From the NCBI GenBank assembly GCA_963721105.1, contig CAVRHY010000003.1, positions 2,509 to 66,508 of the forward strand: DNA of 64,000 nt, written 5' to 3'. Within the stretch, counting starts at the first letter, position 1. Each line of letters opens with the position of its first letter. The DNA comes from an uncultured Alphaproteobacteria bacterium. Its GTDB lineage: Bacteria > Pseudomonadota > Alphaproteobacteria > Rhodobacterales > Rhodobacteraceae. This document shows, in pieces, positions 52,095-61,386 of this stretch. Under the pieces are notes generated by a model. The model did no database searches. It was not told the DNA's origin and saw nothing but the letters and a program-made list of their open reading frames with translations. Both the position numbers and the translations under genes were made by a program.

Positions 52095-54074
52095 TCAGGC
52101 TGCCCGGGCAGCCGCTTCCGCCGGTGCGCGGGCAAAAACCTTCACGTCGCGGATCTCGAGCGTCGCCGAGATGCTGCCGCGCCGCCCGTCCTCGTAGGTT
52201 ACTTCGGTCTCGGCGAACACCGTGTCCGAGCCGTCGTAGAGCGCGTCGATCAGTGGCTTGTAGCGCTCCGAAATCGTGCCGCGCCGGACCTTTCGGGTGC
52301 GCGTCAGCTCGCCGTCGTCGGCGTCGAGCTCCTTGTGCAATACGAGGAAGCGGTGGATCTGGCAGCCGGACAGTATCTTGTCCTGCGCCAGCGAGGCGTT
52401 CACCTCCTCGACATGACCCTGGATCATCTCGTAGACGCGCGGATGGGCCGCCAACTCCTGGTAGGAGGCATAGGACACGTTGTTGCGCTCGGCCCACGAC
52501 CCGACGGCGCCGAGGTCGATGTTGACGAAGGCGGTGGACATCTCGCGCCCGTCGCCGAAGACGACGGCCTCGAGGATGTTCGGGTAGAACTTGAGCTTGT
52601 TCTCGACGAATTTCGGCGCGAACAGGCTGCCATCGGCCATCTTGCCGACGTCCTTGGCGCGGTCGATGATGCGGAGATGCCCGGTGCCGTCCTCGATGTA
52701 GCCGGCATCGCCTGTGTCGACCCAGCCTTCGGGGTCCTTGGTCTCGGCGGTCTTTGCCGGCTCCTTGTAGTATTCCTGGAAGACACCGGGGCTGCGGTAC
52801 CAGACGCGGCCGTCGTCATCGATGCGAATTTCGACGCCGGGCGAGGGGACGCCCACGGTGTCGTCGCGGACCTGGCCATCCGGCTGCTGCGTGATGAAGA
52901 CGGACGCCTCGGTCTGGCCGTAGAGCTGCTTGAGGTTGATGCCGAGCGAGCGATAAAAGGAGAAGATCTCGGGCCCGATCGCCTCGCCGGCCGTGTAGCC
53001 GAGCCGGATGCGCGACATGCCGAGCGTGTTCTTCAGCGGCCCGTAGATCAGCAGGTTGCCGAGCCAGTAGGTCAGCCGACGCCCGGCCCCGACCGGCCTG
53101 CCGTCCAGAATGTCGCCTCCGACCCGGCGGGCGAAGCGGATGTAGCGGTGGAACAACCCGCGCATCCAGCCGGGCGCGTCCTCCATGCGGATCATCACGG
53201 TCGTCAGGAGTGTCTCGTAGATCCTTGGCGGCGCGAAGAAATAGGTCGGTCCGATCTCCTTCAGGTCGGAGAGCATCGTGTCCGGGCTTTCCGGGCACGA
53301 GACGCAGTACCCGGCCCAGTAGGATTGGCCGATCGAGAAGATGAAGTCGCCGACCCAGGCCATCGGCAGGTAGGCCAGCGTCTCGTCCTTTTCGGTCAGA
53401 TGATCGAACTCGCAGGACGACGCGGCGGCGAAGATGACGTTGCCGTTGGTCAGCACGACGCCCTTGGGGTTGCCCGTCGTGCCCGAGGTATAGAGCATGA
53501 CGCAGACGTCCTCGGGCCCGCCGGCCGCGATGCGCCGGTCCAGCTCGGCGCCGTGACGGTCCGCATTGTCGCGGCCGAGCTGCTGCACGTCGCTCAGCGC
53601 GTGCAGCGCGGTGTGGTCATAGTTCCGCAGGCCGCGCGGGTCGCGGTAGACGACGTGGCGGAGCGACGGGATGCGATCCTTCAGAGACAGGACCTTGTCG
53701 ACCTGCTCCTGGTCCTCGGCGACGATGAACGTCACTTCGGCGTGCTGCAGGACAAAGACCATCTCCTCGGCGACCGAGTCCTGGTACATCGGCACCGGCA
53801 CGGCGCCGACCATCTGGGCAGCGACCATCGACCAGTAGAGCGGCGGCCGGTTGGTGCCGACGATCGCCATGCGCTCGCCCGGGGCGAGGCCCAGCTCCAT
53901 CAGGCCCAGCGCGATCGCGCGGGTTTCCTCGGCGACCTGCGTCCATAACCAGGCCCGCCAGATGCCGTACATCTTCTCGCGGCTGGCGGGGCGGTCGGCA
54001 AAGCGTTGCGCGTTCAGCGCCAACAGCTTCGGGATCGTGTCGCGGCCAGGGGCCACCCACTTGTTCTCGCCCAC
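52095..54074 (-). CDS. Long-chain acyl-CoA synthetase (AMP-binding)
   Basis: YTSGTTGNPKG, LYGQTE, TGDAG, IIDRAKD and ELTRTRKVRR. Confidence 0.92.
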   Translation of the reverse strand: MGENKWVAPGRDTIPKLLALNAQRFADRPASREKMYGIWRAWLWTQVAEETRAIALGLMELGLAPGERMAIVGTNRPPLYWSMVAAQMVGAVPVPMYQDSVAEEMVFVLQHAEVTFIVAEDQEQVDKVLSLKDRIPSLRHVVYRDPRGLRNYDHTALHALSDVQQLGRDNADRHGAELDRRIAAGGPEDVCVMLYTSGTTGNPKGVVLTNGNVIFAAASSCEFDHLTEKDETLAYLPMAWVGDFIFSIGQSYWAGYCVSCPESPDTMLSDLKEIGPTYFFAPPRIYETLLTTVMIRMEDAPGWMRGLFHRYIRFARRVGGDILDGRPVGAGRRLTYWLGNLLIYGPLKNTLGMSRIRLGYTAGEAIGPEIFSFYRSLGINLKQLYGQTEASVFITQQPDGQVRDDTVGVPSPGVEIRIDDDGRVWYRSPGVFQEYYKEPAKTAETKDPEGWVDTGDAGYIEDGTGHLRIIDRAKDVGKMADGSLFAPKFVENKLKFYPNILEAVVFGDGREMSTAFVNIDLGAVGSWAERNNVSYASYQELAAHPRVYEMIQGHVEEVNASLAQDKILSGCQIHRFLVLHKELDADDGELTRTRKVRRGTISERYKPLIDALYDGSDTVFAETEVTYEDGRRGSISATLEIRDVKVFARAPAEAAARAA

Positions 54075-54300
54075 GATGCACCTCCCCGCCGTCCGCCCGC
54101 TGGTCGGGCGCTGACGTCTCGCGCGCTCTGGACTTTTTCAGTCAGCCTTCTGGCACCATGAGCGAGCGTCGGCCCAGTAAGCCCCGATTGCGAGTGGGAA
54201 TCAAGCGTTAACCCATCGCGCCCCCGTGACACCGGCGACCTGACACAGGTGACTCGATGCCAGTGACGAGAGGTCCGGACGCCCGCGATGCTGGCTGGCG

Positions 54301-55023
54301 CTACATCGTGTCGGCCATCGCGGCGAGCGTCGGGAAGCGAAAGTCGACATCCGGCCTCTCGGCGACCGGCGCGGTCATGCCCCAGCCGCCGCCCTCGGCC
54401 AGGCGCTGGCGGTCGATCCAGGCGTTCGCCAGGCCGAAGGCGCGCGCCTGCACGTGGTCGTGGAACAGGCTCTGCGCGGTGTGCAGCACGGCCGATTTCG
54501 GAATGCCGAGGTCGTCGTTCAGCCGCTTCAGCATGTACTCGAAGTTCCGCGGGTCCGGCTTGTAGCTGCCGATGTCCTCGGCCGTGTAGACGGCGTCGAA
54601 GGCGACCCCCAGCTTGCGGGCCGAGGCGGCGAAACCGTCGCGGTGGACGTTCGACAGCACGACCAGCCTGAAGCGCTTCTTCAACCGGCGCAGCGCATCG
54701 GCGCTGTCCGGAAAGGCCGGCCAGTGAGGCAGCGAGGCGCCGTAGGCACGGTCGAGGTTGATCGTCGTCTTCAGCCCGAAGCGCTTTGCCAGCCCGCGGT
54801 GCACCTGCTCGAGGATCCGGCTGTAGAGCATCCCCGGCATCTCGGCCTGCTGCGCGGACTCCAGCTCGGCGACAACGGCCAGCGCTTCGGCGCGCGTCAC
54901 CGTGTCCGTTCCGTTCTCCATCAGCAGCGGCTGAAGCGCGTCCCAGAGGCCGGTCTCCCAGTCGATCAGCGTGCCGTAGCAGTCGAAGGTCAGCACCTGG
55001 AAATCGGTCAGCGCGTGCGCCAT
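54301..55023 (-). CDS. HAD-superfamily hydrolase (haloacid dehalogenase type II-like)
   Basis: FDCYGTLIDWETG, LSN, YKPD and HTAQSLFHDH. Confidence 0.9.
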   Translation of the reverse strand: MAHALTDFQVLTFDCYGTLIDWETGLWDALQPLLMENGTDTVTRAEALAVVAELESAQQAEMPGMLYSRILEQVHRGLAKRFGLKTTINLDRAYGASLPHWPAFPDSADALRRLKKRFRLVVLSNVHRDGFAASARKLGVAFDAVYTAEDIGSYKPDPRNFEYMLKRLNDDLGIPKSAVLHTAQSLFHDHVQARAFGLANAWIDRQRLAEGGGWGMTAPVAERPDVDFRFPTLAAMADTM

Positions 55024-55206
55024 GCGTGTGGCCTCCGAGTCGGAGTTTCTTTTGAATCAAAGACCTGGGTGCCTTTGCACTTGTGCGAACCCGGCTTTAG
55101 CGGGCGGCGGCTGCGATCCCGACGCGATGATGCGGTGGCAGGTGGCGGAGGGTCCCCATGCCGGGCACTTTATCCGGCGGCGGAGATTTGGGAAGGACCG
55201 GAATCG

Positions 55207-55236
55207 AAAAAGCCCGCCCCGGTGACGGGACGGGCT
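55207..55236 (-). terminator. Rho-independent terminator of ibpA
   Basis: Minus strand AGCCCGTCCC-GTCACC-GGGGCGGGCT followed by a T run, just after the ibpA stop. Confidence 0.75.
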
Positions 55237-55258
55237 GGGCAGTCTCGGGTGGAAGAGG

Positions 55259-55729
55259 TCAGGCCTCGATGGCCTTGCTCTCGACGGTCTGGCCGCCGGT
55301 CGCGCCCTTGATCGCGATGGTGCGGGGCTTCAGCTCCTCGGGCACCTCGCGGACCAGGTCGACGTGCAGCAGGCCGTTGACCAGCTCAGCGCCTTCGACG
55401 CGGACGTGATCGGCAAGCTGGAAGCGGCGCTCGAAGCCGCGCTCGGCGATGCCGCGGTGCAGGTAGGCGGGCTTGCTCTCGCCCTCGGCCTCGCGCTTCG
55501 ACGCGGTGATGGTGAGCTGCTGGTTCTTGACCTCGACGGTCAGATCGTCCTCGCCGAACCCGGCCACCGCCACGGTGATGCGGTAGGCGTTCTCGCCGGT
55601 CTTCTCGATGTTGTAGGGCGGGTAGGTCGGCGCCGGCGCATCGCCGGCCATCAGCTGGTCCAGCATCCCCGCGAGACGGTCGAAGCCGACGGTCTGGCGA
55701 TACAGCGGGCTGAGATCGAAGTTACGCAT
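55259..55729 (-). CDS. ibpA: Small heat shock protein IbpA/Hsp20
   Basis: DLSPLYRQTVGFDR, YPPYNIEK, YLHRGIAERGFER and NGLLHVDL. Confidence 0.95.
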   Translation of the reverse strand: MRNFDLSPLYRQTVGFDRLAGMLDQLMAGDAPAPTYPPYNIEKTGENAYRITVAVAGFGEDDLTVEVKNQQLTITASKREAEGESKPAYLHRGIAERGFERRFQLADHVRVEGAELVNGLLHVDLVREVPEELKPRTIAIKGATGGQTVESKAIEA

Positions 55730-55815
55730 CTTGATCCTCCGTGTGAGCGATACGTGCGATGTGTGGCCCCCCGAATCCGGGCGGGCCGGGAAATGCCGGA
55801 GCCGGTCTGGCCTCC
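55727..55815 (-). promoter_or_regulatory. ROSE-like RNA thermometer in the ibpA 5' UTR
   Basis: Minus strand ...TATCGCTCACACGGAGGATCAAGATG has the U(U/C)GCU motif immediately 5' of the GGAGGA SD. Confidence 0.6.
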
Positions 55816-55825
55816 GACACTCGGA

Positions 55826-55854
55826 ATGTGGGAAACGGGCCGATTTCCGTCAAG
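55826..55854 (-). promoter_or_regulatory. RpoH (sigma32)-type promoter for ibpA
   Basis: Minus strand CTTGAC-N16-CCCACAT. Confidence 0.65.
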
Positions 55855-55859
55855 GGTGG

Positions 55860-56609
55860 TCAGGGTGCCGCCGCCTGGTCCCGGGGGGCGAGCCCGGGCA
55901 GCAGGTTGCGCACTGCCGCGTCCGCTTCGATCGCATAGGTGGCCGGCGGTCCGCCGCCTGTCCTGACCGCCACGACGACGGCGACCTGGCGCGGCTCGCC
56001 ATCGACCTCGATGAAGACCGGGGCGCCCGACGCGCCCGAGGTGGCAGCGCAGCCGAGCACCAGGATCGGTCCGCTCCGCTCATCGTATCTGCAGTCGTCC
56101 TGGTAGGTCAGCGCGTGCGGGCGGTCGCGGCGGTAGCTGAGAACCGTCACCAGCCCGCCCGGATTGGGCGCGGGCGTGGTCGCGAAGGGTTGGGCGGCCT
56201 CGGGCGGCAGCGGATCGCGGAGACGGATCAGCGCGACGTCGTGGGACAGGTTATCGGCCTCCGGCGAGCCGGGCTGGTAGAACGGATGCACGGAGACCGC
56301 GGCGGCGGTGCTGTGGCCGGTCATCTCGCCGTGGTACCAGCCGGTGACGAAGTGGATGCGGTAGAGCGGCTGGAACCGTTTCGTCTTCCGGTTCGTGACG
56401 CAATGCGCGGCCGTCAGCACGAGGTCCGGCGCGATCAGGGTGCCGGTGCAGGTTCCGCGCGTGCTGACCCCGCCGATGTTGATGCGCCCGACGCCACGCC
56501 AGGGCACCGCCTGCTCGGCGTCGAGCATTGTCTCGGGACCGATCTCGGCGGCCCTGGCGCCGAACGCCAGCAAGAACGCGATCAATGCGATGCGGCTATG
56601 CCGCCGCAA
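55860..56609 (-). CDS. Secreted trypsin-like (V8/Glu-endopeptidase-like) serine protease
   Basis: Signal peptide; CTGTLIAPDLVLTAAHC, DVALIRL and GASGAP catalytic-triad motifs. Confidence 0.9.
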   Translation of the reverse strand: MRRHSRIALIAFLLAFGARAAEIGPETMLDAEQAVPWRGVGRINIGGVSTRGTCTGTLIAPDLVLTAAHCVTNRKTKRFQPLYRIHFVTGWYHGEMTGHSTAAAVSVHPFYQPGSPEADNLSHDVALIRLRDPLPPEAAQPFATTPAPNPGGLVTVLSYRRDRPHALTYQDDCRYDERSGPILVLGCAATSGASGAPVFIEVDGEPRQVAVVVAVRTGGGPPATYAIEADAAVRNLLPGLAPRDQAAAP

Positions 56610-57897
56610 GCGCCGTCTCCGCCAGCGTCGGGGGAACCGGACCGCCGGTCGCCCAGTCGAGCAGCTCGGCCGTGTGCACGACGGGCAGGTGCGTGCCGCC
56701 GCCGATCTGCATCATGCAGCCGATGTTGCCTGCGGCGATGAGCTGCGGCCCGGTCGCCTCGAGCGTCGCGACCTTGCGGCGCTTCAGCTCGGCGGAGATC
56801 TCGGGCTGCAGCAGGTTGTAGGTGCCGGCCGAGCCGCAGCAGAGATGCGCGTCGCGCGGCTCGACGACCTCGAAGCCGGCTTCCGCCAGCAGCTGCTTGG
56901 GTGCGCGCGTCACCTTCTGGCCGTGCTGCAGCGAGCAGGCCGCGTGGTAGGCGACCCGAAGGGGCGGTGCGGACGGTTCGTGCAGGCCGATCTCCGCCAT
57001 GAACTCGGTCACGTCCTTCGCCAGCGTCGAGACGCGCGCTGCGTCGTCGGCCAGCGCAACGTCCGCGAACATGTGGCCGTAGTCCTTGATCGTCGTGCCG
57101 CAGCCAGAGGTATTGATGATGATGGCGTCGAGGCCGTCGCCGTCGGCCTCCCGCGTCCAGGCGCGGATGTTGTCGGCGGCGAAGGCGTGGCTCTCGTCGG
57201 TCTTGCCCATGTGGTGGGGCAGGGCACCGCAGCAGCCGGCGCCGCGCGCGATCACCACGTCGCAGCCGTGCCGGGTCAGAAGGCGGATCGTCGCCGCGTT
57301 GATGTCGTTGTTAAGTGCCCGCTGAGCACAGCCGGTCATCAACGCGACGCGGAATTTCCGCTCGCCAACCGCACGGTGGACCTGCGGCTCGTCGTGGCGG
57401 GCGGGCGGCGCGATCGGCGTGCCGGCCATGTCGAGCATAGCGCGCAGCCTTGACGGGAGGAGGCCGCGGAAGGGGCGGGCCAGTTTCGCGCCTGCCATCG
57501 CCAGCCGGAAGCGACCGGGATGGGGCAGGATCTGCACCAGCAGCCAGCGAAGCGCTCGGTCGGGCAGGGGCCGGGTGTAGGTGCGCTCGATATGCGCGCG
57601 GGCGTGGTCCGAGAGGTGCATGTAGTGCACGCCCGAGGGGCAGGTCGTCATGCAGGCGAAGCAGGACAGGCAGCGGTCGAGATGCTTGACGGTCTTCTCG
57701 TCGGCCGGCCGGTCGTTCTCCAGCATGTCCTTGATCAGGTAGATGCGGCCGCGCGGGCTGTCGAGCTCGTCTCCCAGCACCTGGTAGCTGGGGCAGGTCG
57801 CGGTGCAGAACCCGCAATGCACACAGGCGCGCAGGATCTGGTTGGCGCGGGCGATGCCGGGGTCGCGCAGCTGCTCCTCGGTGAAGTTCGTCTGCAT
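56596..57897 (-). CDS. glcF: Glycolate oxidase Fe-S subunit
   Basis: CVHCGFCTATCP, CLSCFACMTTCP and two CCG motifs. Confidence 0.95.
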   Translation of the reverse strand: MQTNFTEEQLRDPGIARANQILRACVHCGFCTATCPSYQVLGDELDSPRGRIYLIKDMLENDRPADEKTVKHLDRCLSCFACMTTCPSGVHYMHLSDHARAHIERTYTRPLPDRALRWLLVQILPHPGRFRLAMAGAKLARPFRGLLPSRLRAMLDMAGTPIAPPARHDEPQVHRAVGERKFRVALMTGCAQRALNNDINAATIRLLTRHGCDVVIARGAGCCGALPHHMGKTDESHAFAADNIRAWTREADGDGLDAIIINTSGCGTTIKDYGHMFADVALADDAARVSTLAKDVTEFMAEIGLHEPSAPPLRVAYHAACSLQHGQKVTRAPKQLLAEAGFEVVEPRDAHLCCGSAGTYNLLQPEISAELKRRKVATLEATGPQLIAAGNIGCMMQIGGGTHLPVVHTAELLDWATGGPVPPTLAETALAAA

Positions 57898-59082
57898 TCA
57901 GGCCCTCATGCGGCCGGGGTTCAGGATGCCGTGCGGGTCGAACTTCGCGCGCAGGCCGGCGGCGATGCGGGCGAGCGGCGCGGGGTCGGGCTCGAAGACC
58001 TCGACGGCGGCGCGGGTGGCGGCGGAGGCGCGCACCAGCGTGGCGTGGCCGCCGAGGCGCGCGGTCTGGGCGCGGATCGCGGCGGCGCCGGCGTCGCCGG
58101 GTTCCTCGACCAGCAGCCACACCAGGCCGCCACCCCAGTCGTAGAACGCGGCGATCAGTGGCGCGGCCTCGCGGACGGCGGCGACCATCGCCGGGGCGAC
58201 GGAGGGTTTCGTCGAGACGCGCCAGACGGCGCCCTCGCGGCCGGCAAATGCCTCGACATTGCGCACGCGTGCCCAGTCGGCGGCACCGTCGGAAGCGGTG
58301 TCCAGTTCGGCCGGGCGGTGGCGGGCAAGGCGCTTCTTCAGCGCCTCGGTGCGGTGCGTGACGGAGCCGGGCAGGCCCTCGACGCGGATCATGGTCAGCG
58401 GCCCGCCATCAGCCTCGGGCAGGTGGGCGGCGCCGGCGACGTCGAAGGGCGAGCCGAGGGCGTCGGACATCGCGGCGACGGCGGCGGTGTCGCAGAGACC
58501 GTGCAGCAGCACCGTCGCGGTCGCCTGCGGCGCAGGCAGCACCTTGAAGCCGACCTGCGTGACAACGCCGAGCGTGCCGTAGCTGCCAGCCATCAGCTTC
58601 ACGAGGTCGAGGCCGGTGACGTTCTTCATGACCCGGCCGCCATTGGCGATGGCCTGGCCCTGGCCGTCGACGAAGCGCACGCCGATCATCGAATCCCGGC
58701 AGGCGCCGCGCTGGATGCGGCGCGGGCCGGAGGCGTTGACGGCGACGGCGCCGCCGATCGTCGGCTCGCCCTCGGTGCCGAGCAGGGCGCGGTGGTCGAG
58801 CGGCTCGAAGGGCAGCATCTGGTTTTCCGTGGCCAGCGCCGCCTCGATCTCTGCGACGGTCGTGCCGGCACCGACGACCAACGTCAGCGCGCCCGGCTCG
58901 TAGAGGCGGATGCCCGACAGGCCGCGCGTCGAAAGCGTCCGGTCGGCCTGCACGGGCCGGCCGAGCGCGGCGCGCGTGCCGCCGCCCCGGATCTCGAGCG
59001 GCATCTTCGCGGCCGCGGCCTCGGCGATGGCGGTCGAGAGCTCGCCATCGCCGGCGGGCGATAAGTTGGACATCATCGCCAT
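57898..59082 (-). CDS. glcE: Glycolate oxidase FAD-binding subunit
   Basis: GGGTR, YEPGALTL, SGPRRI, GGRVMKNVTGLDL and KFDPHGILNPGRM. Confidence 0.95.
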   Translation of the reverse strand: MAMMSNLSPAGDGELSTAIAEAAAAKMPLEIRGGGTRAALGRPVQADRTLSTRGLSGIRLYEPGALTLVVGAGTTVAEIEAALATENQMLPFEPLDHRALLGTEGEPTIGGAVAVNASGPRRIQRGACRDSMIGVRFVDGQGQAIANGGRVMKNVTGLDLVKLMAGSYGTLGVVTQVGFKVLPAPQATATVLLHGLCDTAAVAAMSDALGSPFDVAGAAHLPEADGGPLTMIRVEGLPGSVTHRTEALKKRLARHRPAELDTASDGAADWARVRNVEAFAGREGAVWRVSTKPSVAPAMVAAVREAAPLIAAFYDWGGGLVWLLVEEPGDAGAAAIRAQTARLGGHATLVRASAATRAAVEVFEPDPAPLARIAAGLRAKFDPHGILNPGRMRA

Positions 59083-59117
59083 GCCTTTGATGCCCCTTTA
59101 TGTTTGACCCTAAGCAC

Positions 59118-59378
59118 CTAGGAAAAAATCCATGTTAATAGCCACGTTAGGAACGTGAATATCAGAGCAAGCTTTGCAACCTGCTCTATCACTCTGATTA
59201 GAGTGATCCCCAATAAATAATGTAGGATATGGGTCACAAATTCCACACGTGGAAAGTAGAAAGAACTGTAATTAGTCAACCCCGTATCCTTGTTGATGAT
59301 CTCTTTCCACTCGGAGTACCCCCTGGCGGAGTGGACCTCGTCGTGTTCATTCCGCGTTCCTAACTTGCCGCCAGCCAT
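59118..59378 (-). CDS. AT-rich orphan ORF (86 aa, hydrophobic C-terminus) between glcD and glcE
   Basis: MAGGKLGTRNEHDE...LALIFTFLTWLLTWIFS; line 59161-59220 is 40% GC versus about 70% in the flanks; same strand as glc. Confidence 0.5.
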   Translation of the reverse strand: MAGGKLGTRNEHDEVHSARGYSEWKEIINKDTGLTNYSSFYFPRVEFVTHILHYLLGITLIRVIEQVAKLALIFTFLTWLLTWIFS

Positions 59379-59398
59379 CTTGTTTTTCCGGGGCCAGA

Positions 59399-60835
59399 TC
59401 AGGCGGCGCGCCGTCCCGCCGAGGATGCCAGCGGGAAGACCTTGGCCGGGTTGAGCATCCAGCGCGGGTCCCAGACGTCCTTCACGTCCATCTGCGCGGT
59501 GAGATCGGCGGGCGTGTACTGGTTTCCCATCAGGTCGCGCTTCTCGACGCCTACGCCGTGCTCGCCGGTCAGGCATCCGCCGACCTCGACGCAGAGGCGC
59601 AGGATGTCGGCACCCAGCGCCTCGGCCTTCTCCAGCTCGCCCGGCGCGTTGGCGTCATGAATGATGAGCGGGTGCAGGTTGCCATCCCCGGCGTGAAAGA
59701 CGTTGGCGACCCGCAGCCCGTAGGAGTTCGCCAGCTCTCCCATGCGGTGGAGGACCTCGGGCAGGGTCGATGTCGGCACCGTGCCGTCGAGGCAGATATA
59801 GTCGCCGAGCTGGCCCATCGCTCCGAAGGCCGATTTGCGGCCGAGCCAGATGGCGGCGGCCTCGGCCTCGGTCTGGGCCTCGCGCAACACCATGGGCGCA
59901 TGGCGGTTGGCAACTTCCTCGATGGCGGTCAGCTGTTCGCGAATCTCGGTCTCGCTGCCCTCGACCTCGACAATCAGCAGCGCCTCGACATCGAGCGGGT
60001 AGCCGGCGTGAGCGTGGGCCTCGGTCGCGTGGATGCAGGGGCGGTCCATGAACTCGATGGCGACGGGGATGACGCCCGACTTGATGATGTCGGCGACGCA
60101 GGCGCCGGCGCTTTCGGAGGAGTCGAAACCCATCAGCACGGGGCGGGCGCCCTCGGGCTTTGCCAGGATGCGCAGCCATGCCTCGGTGACGATGCCGAGC
60201 TGGCCCTCGGAGCCGCAGATCAGGCCGAGCAGGTCATAACCGGGCGCGTCCAGGTGCGGGCCCCCGATCTGGACGATCTCGCCCTCGGCCGTGACCAGTG
60301 TCACGCCCATCAGGTTGTTCGTCGTCACGCCGTATTTCAGGCAGTGCGCGCCGCCCGAGTTCATCGCGATGTTGCCGGCGATGGCGCAGGCGAGCTGGCT
60401 GGAGGGGTCGGGCGCGTAGAAGAAACCGTCGCCCTGGACCCAGCCGGTGACGGCCAGGTTGGTGATGCCGGTCTGCACGTGGATGACGCGGTTCGGGTAG
60501 TCGACGTCGAGCACCCGGTTCATGCGCGAGACACCCAGCAGCACGCAGTCGGCCGTTGGCAGCGAGCCGCCGGCCAGCGAGGTGCCGGCGCCGCGCGGCA
60601 CGATGGGAACGCCCTCGTCGGCGCAGATGCGCACGCAGGCGGCGACCTCCTCGGTCGTGCGGGGCAGGCAGACGGCCAGCGGCGGGCAGCGATAGGCGGT
60701 GAGCGCGTCGCACTCGTAGGCGCGCACCTCCTCTGGCGTCCAGATGACCGCCTCGGCTCCCAGCGCGCCCTCGAGCCGGGCGACGATCTGGTCGCGACGG
60801 GCGATCACACGGGCGCTGGGGACGGGCATTTCCAT
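59399..60835 (-). CDS. glcD: Glycolate oxidase subunit D
   Basis: YECDALTAY, PRGAGTSLAGG, GGAHCLKYG, FHAGDGNLH and GEHGVG. Confidence 0.95.
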   Translation of the reverse strand: MEMPVPSARVIARRDQIVARLEGALGAEAVIWTPEEVRAYECDALTAYRCPPLAVCLPRTTEEVAACVRICADEGVPIVPRGAGTSLAGGSLPTADCVLLGVSRMNRVLDVDYPNRVIHVQTGITNLAVTGWVQGDGFFYAPDPSSQLACAIAGNIAMNSGGAHCLKYGVTTNNLMGVTLVTAEGEIVQIGGPHLDAPGYDLLGLICGSEGQLGIVTEAWLRILAKPEGARPVLMGFDSSESAGACVADIIKSGVIPVAIEFMDRPCIHATEAHAHAGYPLDVEALLIVEVEGSETEIREQLTAIEEVANRHAPMVLREAQTEAEAAAIWLGRKSAFGAMGQLGDYICLDGTVPTSTLPEVLHRMGELANSYGLRVANVFHAGDGNLHPLIIHDANAPGELEKAEALGADILRLCVEVGGCLTGEHGVGVEKRDLMGNQYTPADLTAQMDVKDVWDPRWMLNPAKVFPLASSAGRRAA

Positions 60836-60902
60836 GGCGGGCCTCTCGATTGGCTGGCGCCAATGTGCCCCCTTGGCCGCGGCGCCGCAAGGCGCGGCGG
60901 GC

Positions 60903-61322
60903 TCAGAAGCTGAGGCGCACCGAGAAGCTGGCGCCGAGCCCGCCGCCGCCCAGATTGCCGCCGGCGATGAAGCTGACCGACTCGCGGGGCGACCAGGCGA
61001 GGCCCCTGATCTTCGGCTCGCCCGACCGGGACGAGTTGACGGCCACGCCCAGCCGGCCGACCGAGGCGATGAAGCCGCGTGGCGTTTCCTGCCGCCCGGC
61101 CAGGCCAATGGCGTGGCTGGCGCGCCAGTCCTGCGCCTCATAGGATGTCTCGAGGCCCGTCTCGTAGAGCGGCCGGATCCTCGTCAGCGGCTGCTGCGTG
61201 CTGACCGCCATGGCGTCCTGCGGCGTCATCGGACCGGCCGATGAGGGTGCGACGAAAGGCAGCGTGGAGAGGCTTCCCGCCAGAACCGCCAGCTCCGCGA
61301 TCCGATGCAAGTTGCTGCACAT
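60903..61322 (-). CDS. Hypothetical exported protein, possibly beta-strand/outer-membrane type
   Basis: Hydrophobic N-terminus, alternating beta-strand-like pattern and C-terminal ...GASFSVRLSF ending in Phe; start uncertain. Confidence 0.5.
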   Translation of the reverse strand: MCSNLHRIAELAVLAGSLSTLPFVAPSSAGPMTPQDAMAVSTQQPLTRIRPLYETGLETSYEAQDWRASHAIGLAGRQETPRGFIASVGRLGVAVNSSRSGEPKIRGLAWSPRESVSFIAGGNLGGGGLGASFSVRLSF

Positions 61323-61330
61323 GCAGGGCT

Positions 61331-61355
61331 AACGAGAAAACCCGGTCCGGGTTTC
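61331..61355 (-). promoter_or_regulatory. Possible ECF/EcfG-type promoter
   Basis: Minus strand GAAAC-N16-CGTT directly upstream of the 61322 ORF. Confidence 0.4.
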
Positions 61356-61386
61356 ATCGGCTGACGCATTTTGTAGCCGGATGTGA

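Noticed and set aside
1752-53948. Long antisense or alternate-frame ORFs (e.g. 1752..4070, 36879..39422, 47647..50322, 51846..53948)
   Set aside because: Shadow ORFs of real genes in high-GC DNA, with no motifs and Arg/Gly/Ala-rich or reverse-codon composition.
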